The notes under the pieces are model-generated. The model worked only from the letters and a program-made list of their open reading frames with translations. It was not told the origin of the DNA and made no database searches. Position numbers and translations under genes: made by a program. From NCBI GenBank assembly GCA_973851085.1, contig OZ316775.1:12214001-12278000 (forward strand): a stretch of DNA of 64,000 nt. Reading direction: 5' to 3'. The stretch comes from Ptychomitrium polyphyllum. Lineage: Eukaryota. Of the stretch, positions 63,030 through 64,000 are shown piece after piece (position 1 is the stretch's first letter; every line of letters starts with the position of its first letter).

Positions 63030-64000
63030 TTTAGCTTGAGCTTTAATCCTCCACTTGTATTGAAGGCAATATTTCCAAAAAGAGAAATAATGTTAACAAA
63101 AAATCTAGTTGAGTTTGTAATTGATTAAACAATTTCTTTTTTTTAGGTCACTTCTAGACTTCCATTTATTGACTTTGCAACCAATTATCTTTGTTTTATT
63201 ATATTAATACCTTTGAACTTGTAGCTGCTAATATTAGCCGCCATTTCTAAAATTCTTGAAAGAAATATAAGAGCAAAAGAATCTCTCATATAGAACTATT
63301 TTATAAATAGATTTTTATTAATTGAAAATAAGAGACAAGGGAGATAAGGCATAGAAGAAAAGATAAGTTGTAATTCAAAGAAGAAAATTGTTGTTGTTGT
63401 AGATAAGACCATTTAATAAATAATGCTCATTATTTATAATTTTTGCAATTAAAATTTATTATATTTTGACTAAATTACAAAGTTAATTTGTAAGCTAAGT
63501 AGAGGGATTTTTAAGGTTTTCTAATATTATAAGGCTGAATAAAAAGGCCCATTAAGTAACTATAGCAAATTTAACTAGCAAATATTTTGGTGGATAACAT
63601 TTCTTTTTATTAAAGTGCTATTAAAAGAATAATAAATATAATTATATGGGTATGGCTTTTTCTACTTGGATTTTTTCAATATATGTAACCTCATCATGAT
63701 CTATGCTTTACTTGAATGGATTAGTGGCTTTCAATTAATTATTTTAAAAACCATTGATGAAGCTTCTTTAGTATATTCTTAACACATTATAGACACGTTA
63801 AATAAAGACAACACCTAATGGTCAATATACTCTATTTGTACTAGCTAAATTCTAATGAATTCTACAACATTCTTGGGTTTAGTGTTGGAGCAATTGTTTA
63901 TAGCAATCTACAAATATTTCAAAGAATAAAGTATGATCCAAGCCAATTATTCCCTTCAACTTTAATAGATGATATTTGTATAAGATACAACATTCATACA

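Noticed and set aside
56520..64000. Short ORFs and possible further TE coding remnants
   Set aside because: Too decayed and AT-rich to assign by eye. Only the LTRs and one integrase fragment in this part of the window could be supported.

Overview
Eukaryotic, AT-rich, retrotransposon-dominated DNA, most likely from a moss (inferred from the PsbQ sequence and the combination of Tcn1-like chromoviruses with half-tRNA-primed copia elements). The only intact host gene is a 3-exon nuclear psbQ (minus strand, 20932-22135). It sits next to a decayed PLP-dependent aromatic amino-acid decarboxylase pseudogene in a roughly 9 kb island. The rest is nested, decayed LTR retroelements: a tandem Ty1/copia pair sharing one LTR, a near-complete copia with a TSD and an in-frame RT deletion, four Ty3/gypsy copies (A, B, C, D) and several solo LTRs. 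Main observations: (1) Two gypsy families carry Tf1-type self-priming PBS/R complementarity with different sequences, and one also has a tRNA-iMet PBS-like relic 20 nt further in. (2) A -1 frameshift signal shows covariation between the two families. (3) Three dead gypsy copies share a near-identical ~2 kb tract, and two of them form a 2.4 kb-arm inverted repeat that spans an assembly gap, so misassembly is possible. (4) A second, older ~1 kb-arm inverted repeat lies at the window start. (5) Decayed extra ORFs of unknown function lie upstream of polypurine tracts. All alignments and counts were done by eye and are approximate.
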